NCBI RefSeq assembly: GCF_036391795.1
Contig: NZ_DASVZH010000041.1
Span: 1 to 56,489 of the forward strand
Length of the DNA stretch: 56,489 nt
Source: Oryzihumus sp.
Lineage (GTDB): Bacteria > Actinomycetota > Actinomycetes > Actinomycetales > Dermatophilaceae
Reading direction: 5' to 3'
In this document: positions 12,173 to 23,482 of the stretch, in pieces
How positions within the stretch are numbered: position 1 is the first letter of the stretch
Layout of the letters: each line of letters begins with the position of its first letter
Translations under genes and position numbers: made by a program
Notes under the pieces: model-generated
What the model saw: the letters and a program-made list of their open reading frames with translations, nothing else
Told to the model about the DNA's origin: nothing
Databases searched by the model: none

Positions 12173-12378
12173 TAGACTTGGGACATCCCCTGCAAGGACT
12201 GGCGCAGATCGCGCCGACCGACACGTGCACCTGGCACGCGGTTGAGGCAGGGACACGCCGGATAGCAACCGTTACCTCCGGCCCGCCGGGCGCCTGGTGC
12301 GCCTGAGGCTCGTTCTCATCGTTACCGCAGCAGGTAGCTCGAGGCGTGCCTACCTCGAGTACCGAAGTGGATTCGTCG
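12173..12378 (+). promoter_or_regulatory. Putative -10 box and long structured 5' leader of the DEAD-box helicase
   Basis: TAGACT at 12173-12178 followed by about 190 nt with at least five predicted stems (see findings). Confidence 0.5.
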
Positions 12379-14043
12379 ATGACCAATCACTCCGGGCGCT
12401 CCTCCGCGCCCAAGAAGGCCCGCTGGACCACCGCCAAGAAGGCGGAGGTCAAGAAGGGCCCCAAGAAGCCGCACCGCGGCCAGACCCCCCGCTCGTATGA
12501 CGACCGCGCGCCCCAGGCGCGCCAGGACCGTCCCGCGCGTCGTGAGTTCGACCGGGACGACCGTCCGCAGCGCTTCGACCGGGACGACCGCCCGCAGCGT
12601 CGTTTCGACCGGGACGAGCGTCCGGCGCGTCGTGAGTTCAGCCGCGACGACCGTCCGCAGCGCTTCGACCGGGACGACCGTCCGCAGCGTCGCTTCGACC
12701 GGGACGAGCGCCCGGCCCGCCGCGAGGAGGTCGTCGAGGCGCCCGTGACCGTCGCGGACGACAACGGTTTCGCCGCGCTCGGCCTGCCGACGCCGATCGT
12801 CGCCCGCCTCGCCCGGGACGGCATCACTGCGCCGTTCCCGATCCAGGCCGCGACCATCCCGGACGCGCTGGCCGGCAAGGACGTGCTCGGCCGTGGCCAG
12901 ACCGGCTCCGGCAAGACCCTGTCCTTCGGCCTGCCCATGCTGACCCGCCTCGCGGCGGGGGAGCGCGCCAAGCCCAACAAGCCCAAGGCGCTCGTGCTGG
13001 TGCCGACCCGTGAGCTGGCCATGCAGGTCAGCGACGCGCTCCAGCCGCTGGTGCACGTCCTCGGCCTGAGCCACAAGCTCGTCGCCGGCGGCATGCCCTA
13101 CCCGCCGCAGCTGATGGCGCTCGAGAAGGGCGTCGACCTGCTCATCGCCACGCCGGGCCGGCTCAACGACCTCATCGAGCGCGGCGCCGTCCAGCTCGAC
13201 GAGATCGCGATCGCCGTCCTCGACGAGGCCGACCACATGGCCGAGATGGGCTTCCTGCCCGAGATCACCGCGATCCTCGACCTCATCCCCGCCGGCGGCC
13301 AGCGCCTGCTCTTCTCCGCCACGCTGGACCGCGGCATCGACACCGTGGTCGAGCGCTACCTGACCGACCCGGTGACCCACTCCACCGACGACGCGACCGC
13401 GAGCGTCGCGACGATGGAGCACCACATCCTGCTCATCGAGCCGATGCACAAGAAGGTCATCACCGCCGAGGTCGCCAACCGCGAGGGCCGCACCGTCGTG
13501 TTCGTGCGGACCAAGCTCGGCGCCGACCGCGTCGCCGAGCAGCTGCGTGAGCAGGGCGTGTTCGCCGCGGCCCTGCACGGTGGCCTCAACCAGGGCGCCC
13601 GCAACCGCGTCCTGGGTGCCTTCCGTGACGGCAAGCTGCCGGTCCTGGTCGCCACCGACGTGGCCGCCCGTGGCATCCACGTGGACGACGTCAGCGTGGT
13701 GCTGCAGGTCGACCCGCCGGCCGACCACAAGGACTACCTGCACCGCTCGGGCCGCACCGCCCGCGCCGGTGACAAGGGGACCGTCGTCACCCTGGCCCTG
13801 CCGCACCAGCGTCGCGGCATGGAGCGCCTCGCCCGCGAGGCGGGCCTGGAGACCGTGCCGACGCGCGCCCTCCCCGGCGACGACGTGCTCGCGGCCACCG
13901 GTGCCCGGACCCCCAGCGGCGTCCCGGTGCCGGAGCACGAGTTCCGCCGCCTCCTCGAGGGCGAGAAGCGTCAGCACCGCCGCCCCGGCGGCCCCGGCCG
14001 CCCGCGCGGCCAGCGCAGCGGCTTTCGCGCCCCGCGCTACTGA
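12379..14043 (+). CDS. DEAD-box RNA helicase
   Basis: Q motif FPIQ, GQTGSGKT, PTRELA, TPGRL, LDEAD, FSAT, ATDVAARG, HRSGRTAR. Confidence 0.96.
   Translation: MTNHSGRSSAPKKARWTTAKKAEVKKGPKKPHRGQTPRSYDDRAPQARQDRPARREFDRDDRPQRFDRDDRPQRRFDRDERPARREFSRDDRPQRFDRDDRPQRRFDRDERPARREEVVEAPVTVADDNGFAALGLPTPIVARLARDGITAPFPIQAATIPDALAGKDVLGRGQTGSGKTLSFGLPMLTRLAAGERAKPNKPKALVLVPTRELAMQVSDALQPLVHVLGLSHKLVAGGMPYPPQLMALEKGVDLLIATPGRLNDLIERGAVQLDEIAIAVLDEADHMAEMGFLPEITAILDLIPAGGQRLLFSATLDRGIDTVVERYLTDPVTHSTDDATASVATMEHHILLIEPMHKKVITAEVANREGRTVVFVRTKLGADRVAEQLREQGVFAAALHGGLNQGARNRVLGAFRDGKLPVLVATDVAARGIHVDDVSVVLQVDPPADHKDYLHRSGRTARAGDKGTVVTLALPHQRRGMERLAREAGLETVPTRALPGDDVLAATGARTPSGVPVPEHEFRRLLEGEKRQHRRPGGPGRPRGQRSGFRAPRY
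12541..12720 (+). repeat. 90-bp tandem duplication encoding R/D-rich repeats in the helicase N-terminus
   Basis: 12541-12630 is near-identical to 12631-12720; encodes REF(D/S)RDDRPQRFDRDDRPQRRFDRDERPAR twice. Confidence 0.9.
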
Positions 14044-14118
14044 CGCCCGCGAAGGGGTGACCGGTCACACGACGATCGGCCCTCCTGCCCCGGCAGGCTG
14101 ACCGGCAGAATGCCCGGT

Positions 14119-14679
14119 GTGGAATCCACATTCCTCACCGGGCATCTGCTTGTCGCGACCCCGCAGACCGGCGGCGAGGTGTTTCGCCGCAGCGTCGTGC
14201 TGCTCCTGCACCACGACGAGGAGGGCGCGCAGGGCGTGGTGATCAACCGCCCGCTCGACGCGACGGTCGACGCGGTGCTGCCCGGCTGGGAGGAGGTCGC
14301 CACCCCGCCCGCGCGCGTCTTCCAGGGCGGCCCCGTGGCCCTCGACTCCGCCCTCGGCCTGGTCTCGGTGCCCGGTGGGGGAGAGGCTCCGATGGGGGTC
14401 AAGCTGCTCTTCGGCGGCCTCGGCCTGGTGGACCTCGACATCCCGCCCCTGGTGGTCGCGCCCGAGATCGCGGGCCTGCGGATCTTCGCCGGGTATGCCG
14501 GGTGGTCGCCCGGGCAGCTCGAGGACGAGATCCGCGCAGGCGGCTGGTACGTCGTGGACGCCGAGGCCCGCGACGGCTTCAGCGCCGAGCCGGAGTCGCT
14601 GTGGCCCGACGTGCTGCGGCGCCAGCGCGGCAACCTGGCCCTGGTCGCCAGCTTCCCGGACGACCCCACGATGAACTGA
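14119..14679 (+). CDS. YqgE/AlgH (UPF0301) family protein
   Basis: LLVATP, GVVINRP, VFQGGPV, RIFAGYAGWSPGQLEDE; alternative start at 14110. Confidence 0.92.
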   Translation: MESTFLTGHLLVATPQTGGEVFRRSVVLLLHHDEEGAQGVVINRPLDATVDAVLPGWEEVATPPARVFQGGPVALDSALGLVSVPGGGEAPMGVKLLFGGLGLVDLDIPPLVVAPEIAGLRIFAGYAGWSPGQLEDEIRAGGWYVVDAEARDGFSAEPESLWPDVLRRQRGNLALVASFPDDPTMN

Positions 14680-14699
14680 GGCCGGCCTGCCGCGCCCGC

Positions 14700-15182
14700 T
14701 CAGGCGTGCGCGGCGTCGAGCGCGGCCTGCAGGCTCTGCTTGTACCCCTCGCTGGTGAACGTCGCCCCGCTGACCGAGTCGATCCGCGCGGACTGGGCGC
14801 TGATCGCCTCCTGGCGCAGCACCGGCGCCGCACGGCCGCTGATCCCCACCGACGTCGAGCTGCTGTCGGTGAGCTTGAGGGCCACGACGTCCTTCAGGCG
14901 CGTGCCCACGAGCACCGCCTTGACCTGCACGGTGCCGTAGGGGGTCGAGACCAGCGCTCCCGTGACCGACCGGCGGGTCGACGTCGAGCCGGAGGCGGGC
15001 GACTTGCCCGATGAGCCGGCTGCTCGGGGCGCGCCGGCCTTGGCGGGCGCCGGCGGCGGCGCCGCGGCAGCGACGTGGACTCCCGCCACCGGCGAGGTGC
15101 CCTGCTGGGCGCCGGCCTCCCAGCTCGTGATCAACGCGGCCGCGCCGGCAACGGCCACGGCGGCTCCCGTCAGCAGCCTCAC
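14700..15182 (-). CDS. Exported FMN-binding domain protein (flavinylation substrate)
   Basis: Signal-like N-terminus, TPYGTVQV, DSVSGATFTS containing the [ST]GA[ST] motif; GTGA overlap with the upstream gene. Confidence 0.85.
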   Translation of the reverse strand: MRLLTGAAVAVAGAAALITSWEAGAQQGTSPVAGVHVAAAAPPPAPAKAGAPRAAGSSGKSPASGSTSTRRSVTGALVSTPYGTVQVKAVLVGTRLKDVVALKLTDSSSTSVGISGRAAPVLRQEAISAQSARIDSVSGATFTSEGYKQSLQAALDAAHA

Positions 15183-16642
15183 CAGGAGAACCTCTCGTCG
15201 TGGATGTGGGCCCGGGGCACGCGCGCCCGGCGCAGGCTGGTGTGGACGAGGTCCATCCACACCGGCGGCCCGCACAGGTAGACGTCGTGCTCCCTCAGGT
15301 GGGGGACCAGCTCGGCCAGGGCGGAGGCGTCGTCGTCCCCGCGCCCGACGTGCTCGGGCAGCCACGACCCGCGCACCGGGGGGCCGGTGAGCAGGTGCAG
15401 CCGGTGGCCGCCGTGGCGGCTGACCGCGTCCAGCTCGTCCCGCAGCGCGAGCTGGGAGGCGTGGTCGGCCCGGTAGATCACCGTGACGTCACCGGGGGCG
15501 GTGGCGGGGTCGCGCGCCAGCTCCTCGGCCAGGGCGCGGATCGGCGTGACGCCGATGCCCGCGGCCAGCAGCAGCACCTTGCGACGGGTCCGGCGGCGCG
15601 TGGTGAACGCGCCGTACGGGCCCTCGACCAGCACCCGCGTGCCGGGGCGCAGGTCGGCCAGCAGGCTGGAGTGGTCGCCGAGCTCCCGCACGGTCAGCCG
15701 CAGGCTCCGGCCGTCGGGCTGGGCCGACAGCGACCACGGGTGGGCGGCTGCCCACAGGCCGCGGGTCAGGAAGCGCCACTGGAAGAACTGCCCGGCCCGG
15801 GCCTCCAGCGCGCGGAGGTCCCGGCCCGCGACGTGGACCGACCAGGTGTCGGGGGTCTCCTGGACGACGCGCTCGACGTAGAGCCGGTGCCGGGCAGAGC
15901 GGAAGACCGGCACGGCGAACCGCCACCAGATGATGCTGGCGGCCACGAGGACGTAGAGGCCGAGCCAGACGAAGCGCACCAGCCCGCTGCTGGTGATGTC
16001 GGAGCCCACCGAGAGCTGGTGGGGGATGGCCAGCGCGACCGCGGCGTAGGCCCCCAGGTGCACCAGGTGCCAGCGCTCGTAGCCGACGCGGCGCATGGCC
16101 GCCCGCACCGAGGTCACCGCGATGAGGACCAGCAGGAAGAGCGCGATGGTTGCGGTGAGCATGTCCGGGACGCCGGAGAGCATCGCGAACGGCTCGCGCA
16201 GCCACCCCGACCACCACGGCATGCCGTCCCGCGCGGCGTAGCCGAGCACGAGCGACTCGGCGTGGACCAGCACCAGCGGCACAGTGACCCGGCCGAGGAC
16301 GCGGTGGGCCTTGAGCGCCCGGTCCGAGCCGTAGACGCGGTCCACCCATGGCACCCGGGCGGCGAGCAGCATCTGCACCAGGAGGAGGTCGACAGCGACC
16401 AGGCCGGTCAGCTGGCCCACGGCAATGAGCCGGCTGCCCCACGTCCCGGTCACCAGGTGCTGGCCGCCACCGTCGCGCAGGAACACCGAGACGGTCGCCA
16501 CCAGCAGGCCGGCGGCCATCAGCTCGAGCAGGTCGCTGGTGCGGGCGCGCCACTGCTGGTGCTGCCGTCCACGCAGGTGCAGCTGGCGGCGCCGCGCCCG
16601 ACCGGGCGAGGGCAGCGGCTGGGTCTGCGGGGAGGTTGTCAT
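15179..16642 (-). CDS. Ferric-reductase-like TM domain fused to an FAD/NAD-binding (FNR) oxidoreductase
   Basis: TM heme His residues (AHRVLG, WHLVH), AGQFF, HPWSLS, EGPYG, LAAGIGVTP, YLCGP, HDERFSW. Confidence 0.9.
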   Translation of the reverse strand: MTTSPQTQPLPSPGRARRRQLHLRGRQHQQWRARTSDLLELMAAGLLVATVSVFLRDGGGQHLVTGTWGSRLIAVGQLTGLVAVDLLLVQMLLAARVPWVDRVYGSDRALKAHRVLGRVTVPLVLVHAESLVLGYAARDGMPWWSGWLREPFAMLSGVPDMLTATIALFLLVLIAVTSVRAAMRRVGYERWHLVHLGAYAAVALAIPHQLSVGSDITSSGLVRFVWLGLYVLVAASIIWWRFAVPVFRSARHRLYVERVVQETPDTWSVHVAGRDLRALEARAGQFFQWRFLTRGLWAAAHPWSLSAQPDGRSLRLTVRELGDHSSLLADLRPGTRVLVEGPYGAFTTRRRTRRKVLLLAAGIGVTPIRALAEELARDPATAPGDVTVIYRADHASQLALRDELDAVSRHGGHRLHLLTGPPVRGSWLPEHVGRGDDDASALAELVPHLREHDVYLCGPPVWMDLVHTSLRRARVPRAHIHDERFSW

Positions 16643-16741
16643 GACCACAAGGGTGCGTGGTCACTCTCAGACCATCCTCGGAACCGCGCGGAGCCCCACC
16701 GTCCCGGCCACCCGGCATACCGGGCGCTTAGACTCGGGGAC

Positions 16742-17047
16742 ATGAGCGACAACCCGCTGAGCGACCCGTACGAGCCTCAGGCGCAGCCGTCGGGGCCGTC
16801 CACCTCGACCTCCGTGCTCGAGCGCGAGCAGGTCGAGGAGCAGGTCCAGGAGCCGGGTGACCACGAGCGCTTCTCCCACTACGTGCGCAAGGAGAAGATC
16901 CTCGAGAGCGCGCTGTCCGGGGAGCCGGTCGTCGCGCTGTGCGGCAAGGTCTGGGTGCCCGGACGCGACCCCCAGAAGTTCCCGGTCTGCCCCGTCTGCA
17001 AGGAGATCTACGAGGGCCTGCGCGCGCCGCAGGACGGCGAGGACTGA
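16742..17047 (+). CDS. DUF3039 domain protein
   Basis: GDHERFSHYV...VVALCGKVWVP...PVCPVCKEIY; TAGACT lies 7 nt upstream (leaderless). Confidence 0.9.
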   Translation: MSDNPLSDPYEPQAQPSGPSTSTSVLEREQVEEQVQEPGDHERFSHYVRKEKILESALSGEPVVALCGKVWVPGRDPQKFPVCPVCKEIYEGLRAPQDGED

Positions 17048-17134
17048 GCGCCCGATAACACATGGAGGGACCCCGTCCGTGGTGGCGGGGTCCCGGCATG
17101 TCGGGTCCCGGATTTCGTTACCCTCGGTCCCCTT

Positions 17135-18883
17135 ATGAGTACTGCCGCGGCATCCCACCTCCCCCCAGCATTCCCGGAGCGCGCCGCGTGGGGCACGGCC
17201 TCCAAGCTGCGTGCCTGGCAGGCGGCGGCGCTCGAGCAGTACCTGCGTGAGGGCCCGCAGGACTTCCTCGCCGTCGCCACCCCCGGCGCCGGCAAGACGA
17301 CGTTCGCGCTGCGCGTGGCCACCGAGCTGCTCGGCCGCGGGGTTGTCGACCGGGTCACGATCGTGGCGCCGACCGAGCACCTCAAGACGCAGTGGGCCGA
17401 CGCGGCCGCACGGGTCGGCATCAACATCGACCCGAAGTTCACCAACGCCATGGGCCGGCACAACACCGAGTTCGACGGCGTCGCGCTGACCTACGCCGGC
17501 GTCGCGAGCAAGCCGCTGCTGCACCGTGCGCGCACCGAGGCGGCCCGCACCCTCGTGATCCTCGACGAGGTCCACCACGGCGGCGACAACCTGTCCTGGG
17601 GTGACGCCATCCGGGAGGCCTTCGAGCCGGCCGCCCGCCGGCTGTGCCTGACCGGTACCCCGTTCCGCTCCGACACGAGCCCGATCCCCTTCGTGCGCTA
17701 CGAGGAGGACCGGGCCGGGGTGCGCCGCTCCGCCAGCGACTACGCCTATGGGTATGCCGAGGCGTTGCGTGACGGGGTCGTGCGCCCGGTGCTCTTCCTC
17801 GCCTACAGCGGCGCGATGCGCTGGCGCACCCGCGCCGGTGACGAGGTCGCCGCCCGCCTGGGTGAGCCGCTGACCAAGGACCTCACCGCGCAGGCGTGGC
17901 GCACCGCCCTGGACGCTAAGGGGGAGTGGATCCCCTCGGTGCTGTCGGCCGCGGACAAGCGGCTCTCCGAGGTGCGCCGGCACGTGCCCGACGCCGGGGC
18001 GCTGGTCATCGCCTCGGACCAGACCAATGCGCGGCACTACGCCAAGATCCTGCACGCCCTGACCGGCGAGAAGCCGACCGTCGTGCTCTCCGATGACGCC
18101 GGCGCCTCGAGCAGGATCGAGGAGTTCGCCCAGAGCGACTCCCGCTGGATGGTCGCGGTCCGCATGGTCTCCGAGGGCGTCGACGTGCCCCGCCTGTGCG
18201 TCGGCGTCTACGCCACGTCCACCTCGACCCCGCTGTTCTTCGCCCAAGCGGTCGGCCGGTTCGTGCGCGCCCGGCGCCGGGGCGAGGTGGCCTCGGTGTT
18301 CCTGCCGAACGTGCCCGTGATCATGGAGCACGCGGCCCGGCTGGAGGAGCAGCGCGACCACGCCCTGGACAAGGTGGTCAAGCCCGGCGAGGAGGAGAAC
18401 CTCTGGGCGGCCGAGGACCAGCTCGTCGCCGAGGCCAACAGCACCAGGTCCACGGCCGACCTCGAGGGCACCTTCGAGGCGCTGGAGTCCGTGGCCGAGT
18501 TCGACCACGTGCTCTTCGACGCCCAGCAGTTCGGCCTCAACGCCGAGGCCGGCAGCGCCGAGGAGGAGGAGTACCTCGGCCTGCCGGGGCTGCTCGAGCC
18601 GGACCAGGTGGCCACCCTGCTGCGCGAACGGCAGGCCTCCCAGAAGGGCAGCAGCACGCGCGCCGCGGACGCGCCGATCGCCGCGCACCGCGCCCTGGCC
18701 GCCCAGCGCAAGGAGCTCAACTCCCTGGTGTCCGCCTACGCCCGCAAGACCGGTGCGCCGCACGGCGTGGTGCACAACGACCTGCGCCGCACCTGTGGCG
18801 GCCCAGCGCTGGAGCAGGCCAGCTCCGAGCAGGTCCAGGAGCGGATCGAGAAGATCCGCGCCTGGTTCGTCGGCCGTCGGTGA
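17135..18883 (+). CDS. SF2 DEAD/DEAH-box helicase (ResIII-like actinobacterial family)
   Basis: LRAWQ, ATPGAGKT, LDEVHH, LTGTPFRSD, MVSEGVDVP, QAVGRFVR. Confidence 0.92.
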   Translation: MSTAAASHLPPAFPERAAWGTASKLRAWQAAALEQYLREGPQDFLAVATPGAGKTTFALRVATELLGRGVVDRVTIVAPTEHLKTQWADAAARVGINIDPKFTNAMGRHNTEFDGVALTYAGVASKPLLHRARTEAARTLVILDEVHHGGDNLSWGDAIREAFEPAARRLCLTGTPFRSDTSPIPFVRYEEDRAGVRRSASDYAYGYAEALRDGVVRPVLFLAYSGAMRWRTRAGDEVAARLGEPLTKDLTAQAWRTALDAKGEWIPSVLSAADKRLSEVRRHVPDAGALVIASDQTNARHYAKILHALTGEKPTVVLSDDAGASSRIEEFAQSDSRWMVAVRMVSEGVDVPRLCVGVYATSTSTPLFFAQAVGRFVRARRRGEVASVFLPNVPVIMEHAARLEEQRDHALDKVVKPGEEENLWAAEDQLVAEANSTRSTADLEGTFEALESVAEFDHVLFDAQQFGLNAEAGSAEEEEYLGLPGLLEPDQVATLLRERQASQKGSSTRAADAPIAAHRALAAQRKELNSLVSAYARKTGAPHGVVHNDLRRTCGGPALEQASSEQVQERIEKIRAWFVGRR

Positions 18884-18904
18884 GCCGGCCGGTAGCGTGG
18901 TCCC

Positions 18905-19543
18905 GTGGCTGAGCTGCGCGCCGCCAAGGGCATGGGCGGAGAGACCTCACAGACCCTGGACCGCGGGCTTGGCGTGCTGCAGCTGCTGGGCTCCCGCGAG
19001 AACGCCGGGGGCCTGACGATCACCGAGATCGCCTCGGCGCTCGGCGTCGGCCGCCCAGTCGTCTACCGCCTGGTCGCGACCCTCGAGAGCCGTGACTTCG
19101 TCACCCGCCGCGAGGACGGCCGGATCCGGCTGGGCCTGGCCATCACCCGGCTGTCCTCCTCGGTCCTGCCGCTGCTGCGCGAGGCGGCGATGCCCATGCT
19201 GCGCACCCTGGCCGACTCGGTCGGGGCGACGGCGCACCTGACCGTCGTCGAGGGCGGGGAGGCCCTGGCCATCGCCGTGGTCGAGCCGTCCTGGACCGAC
19301 TTCCACGTCGCCTACCGCGTGGGCAGCCGGCACCGGCTGGAGTCCGGTGCCGCCGGCCGGGCGATCCTGGGCGCGCGAGCCGGCGACCCGGCATACGTCG
19401 TCTCCGACGGCGAGCTGCAGGCCGGTGCCCACGGGGTGGCGGCGCCGCTGGTCGGTGTCGCGGGGCTGGAGGCCTCCGTCGGCGTCGTGGCGATGGTGCC
19501 GCTGGACGTGTCGGCGGTGGGGCCCCAGGTCCAGGCGGCGGCC

Positions 19544-19570
<27 letters not shown>
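18905..19570 (+). CDS. IclR family transcriptional regulator
   Basis: SQTLDRGL HTH region, VYRLVATLE, GAAGRAIL, GVAAP; TAGCGT lies 6 nt upstream. Confidence 0.88.
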
Positions 19571-21352
<1,782 letters not shown>

Positions 21353-21370
21353 GGCGCGCCCGGCTCCTCC

Positions 21371-21412
21371 GGTGGCCCCACGGCATACCCGCTGGTATGC
21401 CGTGGGGTCACC
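21371..21412. repeat. REP-like 19-bp-stem hairpin built from inverted CGGCATAC motifs (probable hppD terminator)
   Basis: GGTGGCCCCACGGCATACC-CGCT-GGTATGCCGTGGGGTCACC. Confidence 0.8.
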
Positions 21413-21454
21413 CGCGTGAGCGGATGTCCGCTTTGTCCCATAACCTCGGGCCTC

Positions 21455-21802
21455 ATGGAGTCGACGAACCCGGCAGACGCAGCAGTCGAGACCGGGCAGG
21501 TGGAGTGGGTCCCGCGCAAGCGGGTGTTCGCGATTCTCGGGGCGGCGGGCGCGCTGGTGCTCATCGCCGGCCTGACCACGCTGACCTACCTCTGGCGCGG
21601 CCTGACCGGCCACGACCAGCAGCCATGGTGGGCCGTGGTGGTCATGATGCTCGGCGGCTACGTCATGTTCATCGGGCTCTGGCGGTGGCTGCGGGTCGAG
21701 CGCCACGGCTTCGCGATGCACCGGCGCATCTGGGCCCGGATGGGCGGCGGCGCCGCGCTGATGGTCGTCGGCCTCATGCTGCCGCTCTACGTCGCCGGCT
21801 GA
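21455..21802 (+). CDS. Small 3-TM membrane protein
   Basis: Three hydrophobic segments; TAACCT -10-like box just upstream. Confidence 0.65.
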   Translation: MESTNPADAAVETGQVEWVPRKRVFAILGAAGALVLIAGLTTLTYLWRGLTGHDQQPWWAVVVMMLGGYVMFIGLWRWLRVERHGFAMHRRIWARMGGGAALMVVGLMLPLYVAG

Positions 21803-21870
21803 GGCCGCACACGGCGACGGCACGGCACACCCGTCCGGTATGCCGTGCCGTCGCGTGGGTGGGCGGCCTC
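21801..21870. terminator. Motif-containing hairpin between convergent genes
   Basis: GCGACGGCACGGCACACC-CGTCC-GGTATGCCGTGCCGTCGC with an outer GAGGCCGC/GCGGCCTC stem. Confidence 0.7.
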
Positions 21871-23386
21871 AGGCCGTCACGGCCTCGGCCTCCTCACCCG
21901 TGGCCAGCCGCGCCTTGCGCCGGCTGTAGGTGAGGTAGACGACCATGCCGACGACCATCCAGACCGCGAAGCGCAGCCAGGTCTCCATCGTCAGGTTGGT
22001 CATCAGGTACAGGCAGGCCAGCGCGGAGACGATCGGCAGCACCGGCGAGAGCGGCACGCGGAACGGCCGGTGCACGTCCGGGCGCTTGCGGCGCAGCACC
22101 GGCACCGCCAGCGAGACGATGATGAACGCGAACAGCGTGCCGATGCTGACCAGGTCGGCCAGCGCGGCCAGCGGGACGAAGCCGGCCAGCAGCGCCACGA
22201 AGATCGTCGTGGCGATGGTGATGCGGTAGGGCGTGCCCCACTTCGGGTGCACCTTGGCGACGGCCGGGGGCAGCAGCCGGTCGCGGCCCATGGCGAAGCC
22301 GATCCGGCCCATGGCCACGAGGTCGACCAGGATGACCGAGGTCAGGCCGCAGACGGCGGCGATGGAGACCAGGGTGGAGGCCCAGCCCTGGCCGACGGCG
22401 TCGAACGCGCTGGCGATCGGGGCGCCCTCGTCGATCTTCTTGTAGCTGACCATGCCGGTGACCACGAACGAGACGCCGATGTAGAGCACCGTGCACAGGG
22501 CCAGGGTGCCGAGCAGGCCGATGGTGAGGTCGCGCTTGGGGCGCTTGGTCTCCTCGCCGAGGTTGGCCACCGCCTCGAAGCCGGTGTAGGCGAAGAACAC
22601 CACCGCGGCGGCGGTCAGCACGCCGGCCATGCCGTACGCGGAGGGGGAGATGCCGAAGACCGCCTGGCTCAGCGGCTGCTTGAGCCCGCTGACGCTCTGC
22701 TTGACCGGCTCGGCGTGCGGCACGAACGGGACCAGGTTGGACCTGGTGATGAAGAACGCGCCGGCGACGATGACGAACACGCACACCGCGACCTTGACCA
22801 GCACGAGGACGTTGGTGACGCGGGCCGACTCCCGGATGCCGACGGCGGCGATCACCCCGAGCACCAGGGTGATGAGGATCGCCCCGACGTTGACGACCGA
22901 GCCGTCCTCGGCGAACCACGCGCTGGGCAGGTGGAAGAGGTTGGCGAGGTAGCCCGACCAGCCGCGGGCCACCACGGAGGCGCCGAGGGCGAACTCCAGG
23001 ATGAGGTCCCAGCCGATGATCCAGGCGAAGACCTCGCCGATGGTCGCGTAGGCGTAGGTGTAGGCGCTGCCGGCCGCCGGGACGCTGGAGGCCATCTCCG
23101 CGTAGCACAGGGCGGCCAGGAGGCTCACCACGCCGGCGATGATGAAGGAGATGGTGACGGCGGGCCCGGCGTGCTGCTTGGCCTCGACCCCGGTGAGGGT
23201 GAAGATGCCCGTGCCGATGACGATGCCGACACCGAACCCCATGAGGTCGAACGGACCGAGCTTGCGGCGGAGCTTGCCCGACGAGGGGGCGCCGCTGTGC
23301 TCCTCGCCCTCGTCGGCCGACTGGGCCAGGACGTCCTCGACCGGTTTGGTCCGCAGGATCGACTGCGTGGATGTGTCGTCACTCAT
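21869..23386 (-). CDS. APC amino-acid permease (cationic amino-acid transporter-like)
   Basis: GIVIGTGIF, CYAEMASSVPAAGSAYTY, FFAYTGFE, SIGTLFAF. Confidence 0.92.
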   Translation of the reverse strand: MSDDTSTQSILRTKPVEDVLAQSADEGEEHSGAPSSGKLRRKLGPFDLMGFGVGIVIGTGIFTLTGVEAKQHAGPAVTISFIIAGVVSLLAALCYAEMASSVPAAGSAYTYAYATIGEVFAWIIGWDLILEFALGASVVARGWSGYLANLFHLPSAWFAEDGSVVNVGAILITLVLGVIAAVGIRESARVTNVLVLVKVAVCVFVIVAGAFFITRSNLVPFVPHAEPVKQSVSGLKQPLSQAVFGISPSAYGMAGVLTAAAVVFFAYTGFEAVANLGEETKRPKRDLTIGLLGTLALCTVLYIGVSFVVTGMVSYKKIDEGAPIASAFDAVGQGWASTLVSIAAVCGLTSVILVDLVAMGRIGFAMGRDRLLPPAVAKVHPKWGTPYRITIATTIFVALLAGFVPLAALADLVSIGTLFAFIIVSLAVPVLRRKRPDVHRPFRVPLSPVLPIVSALACLYLMTNLTMETWLRFAVWMVVGMVVYLTYSRRKARLATGEEAEAVTA

Positions 23387-23482
23387 GCCCGACGACGTTA
23401 CCGGCTGGTAGGCACCGGGTGCGCGCCCGGACGTGGGGGAGTGTGAGCGTCCTCATGGGGTGGGCGTGGCAGGCTGTGCGCC

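Noticed and set aside
11608-12237. Antisense V/E/D-rich 209-aa ORF
   Set aside because: It is the shadow of the Ser/Thr low-complexity tail on the + strand.
17135-18883. Restriction-modification or defence system based on the ResIII-like helicase
   Set aside because: There is no adjacent methylase or nuclease, and the gene sits in a housekeeping context beside DUF3039.
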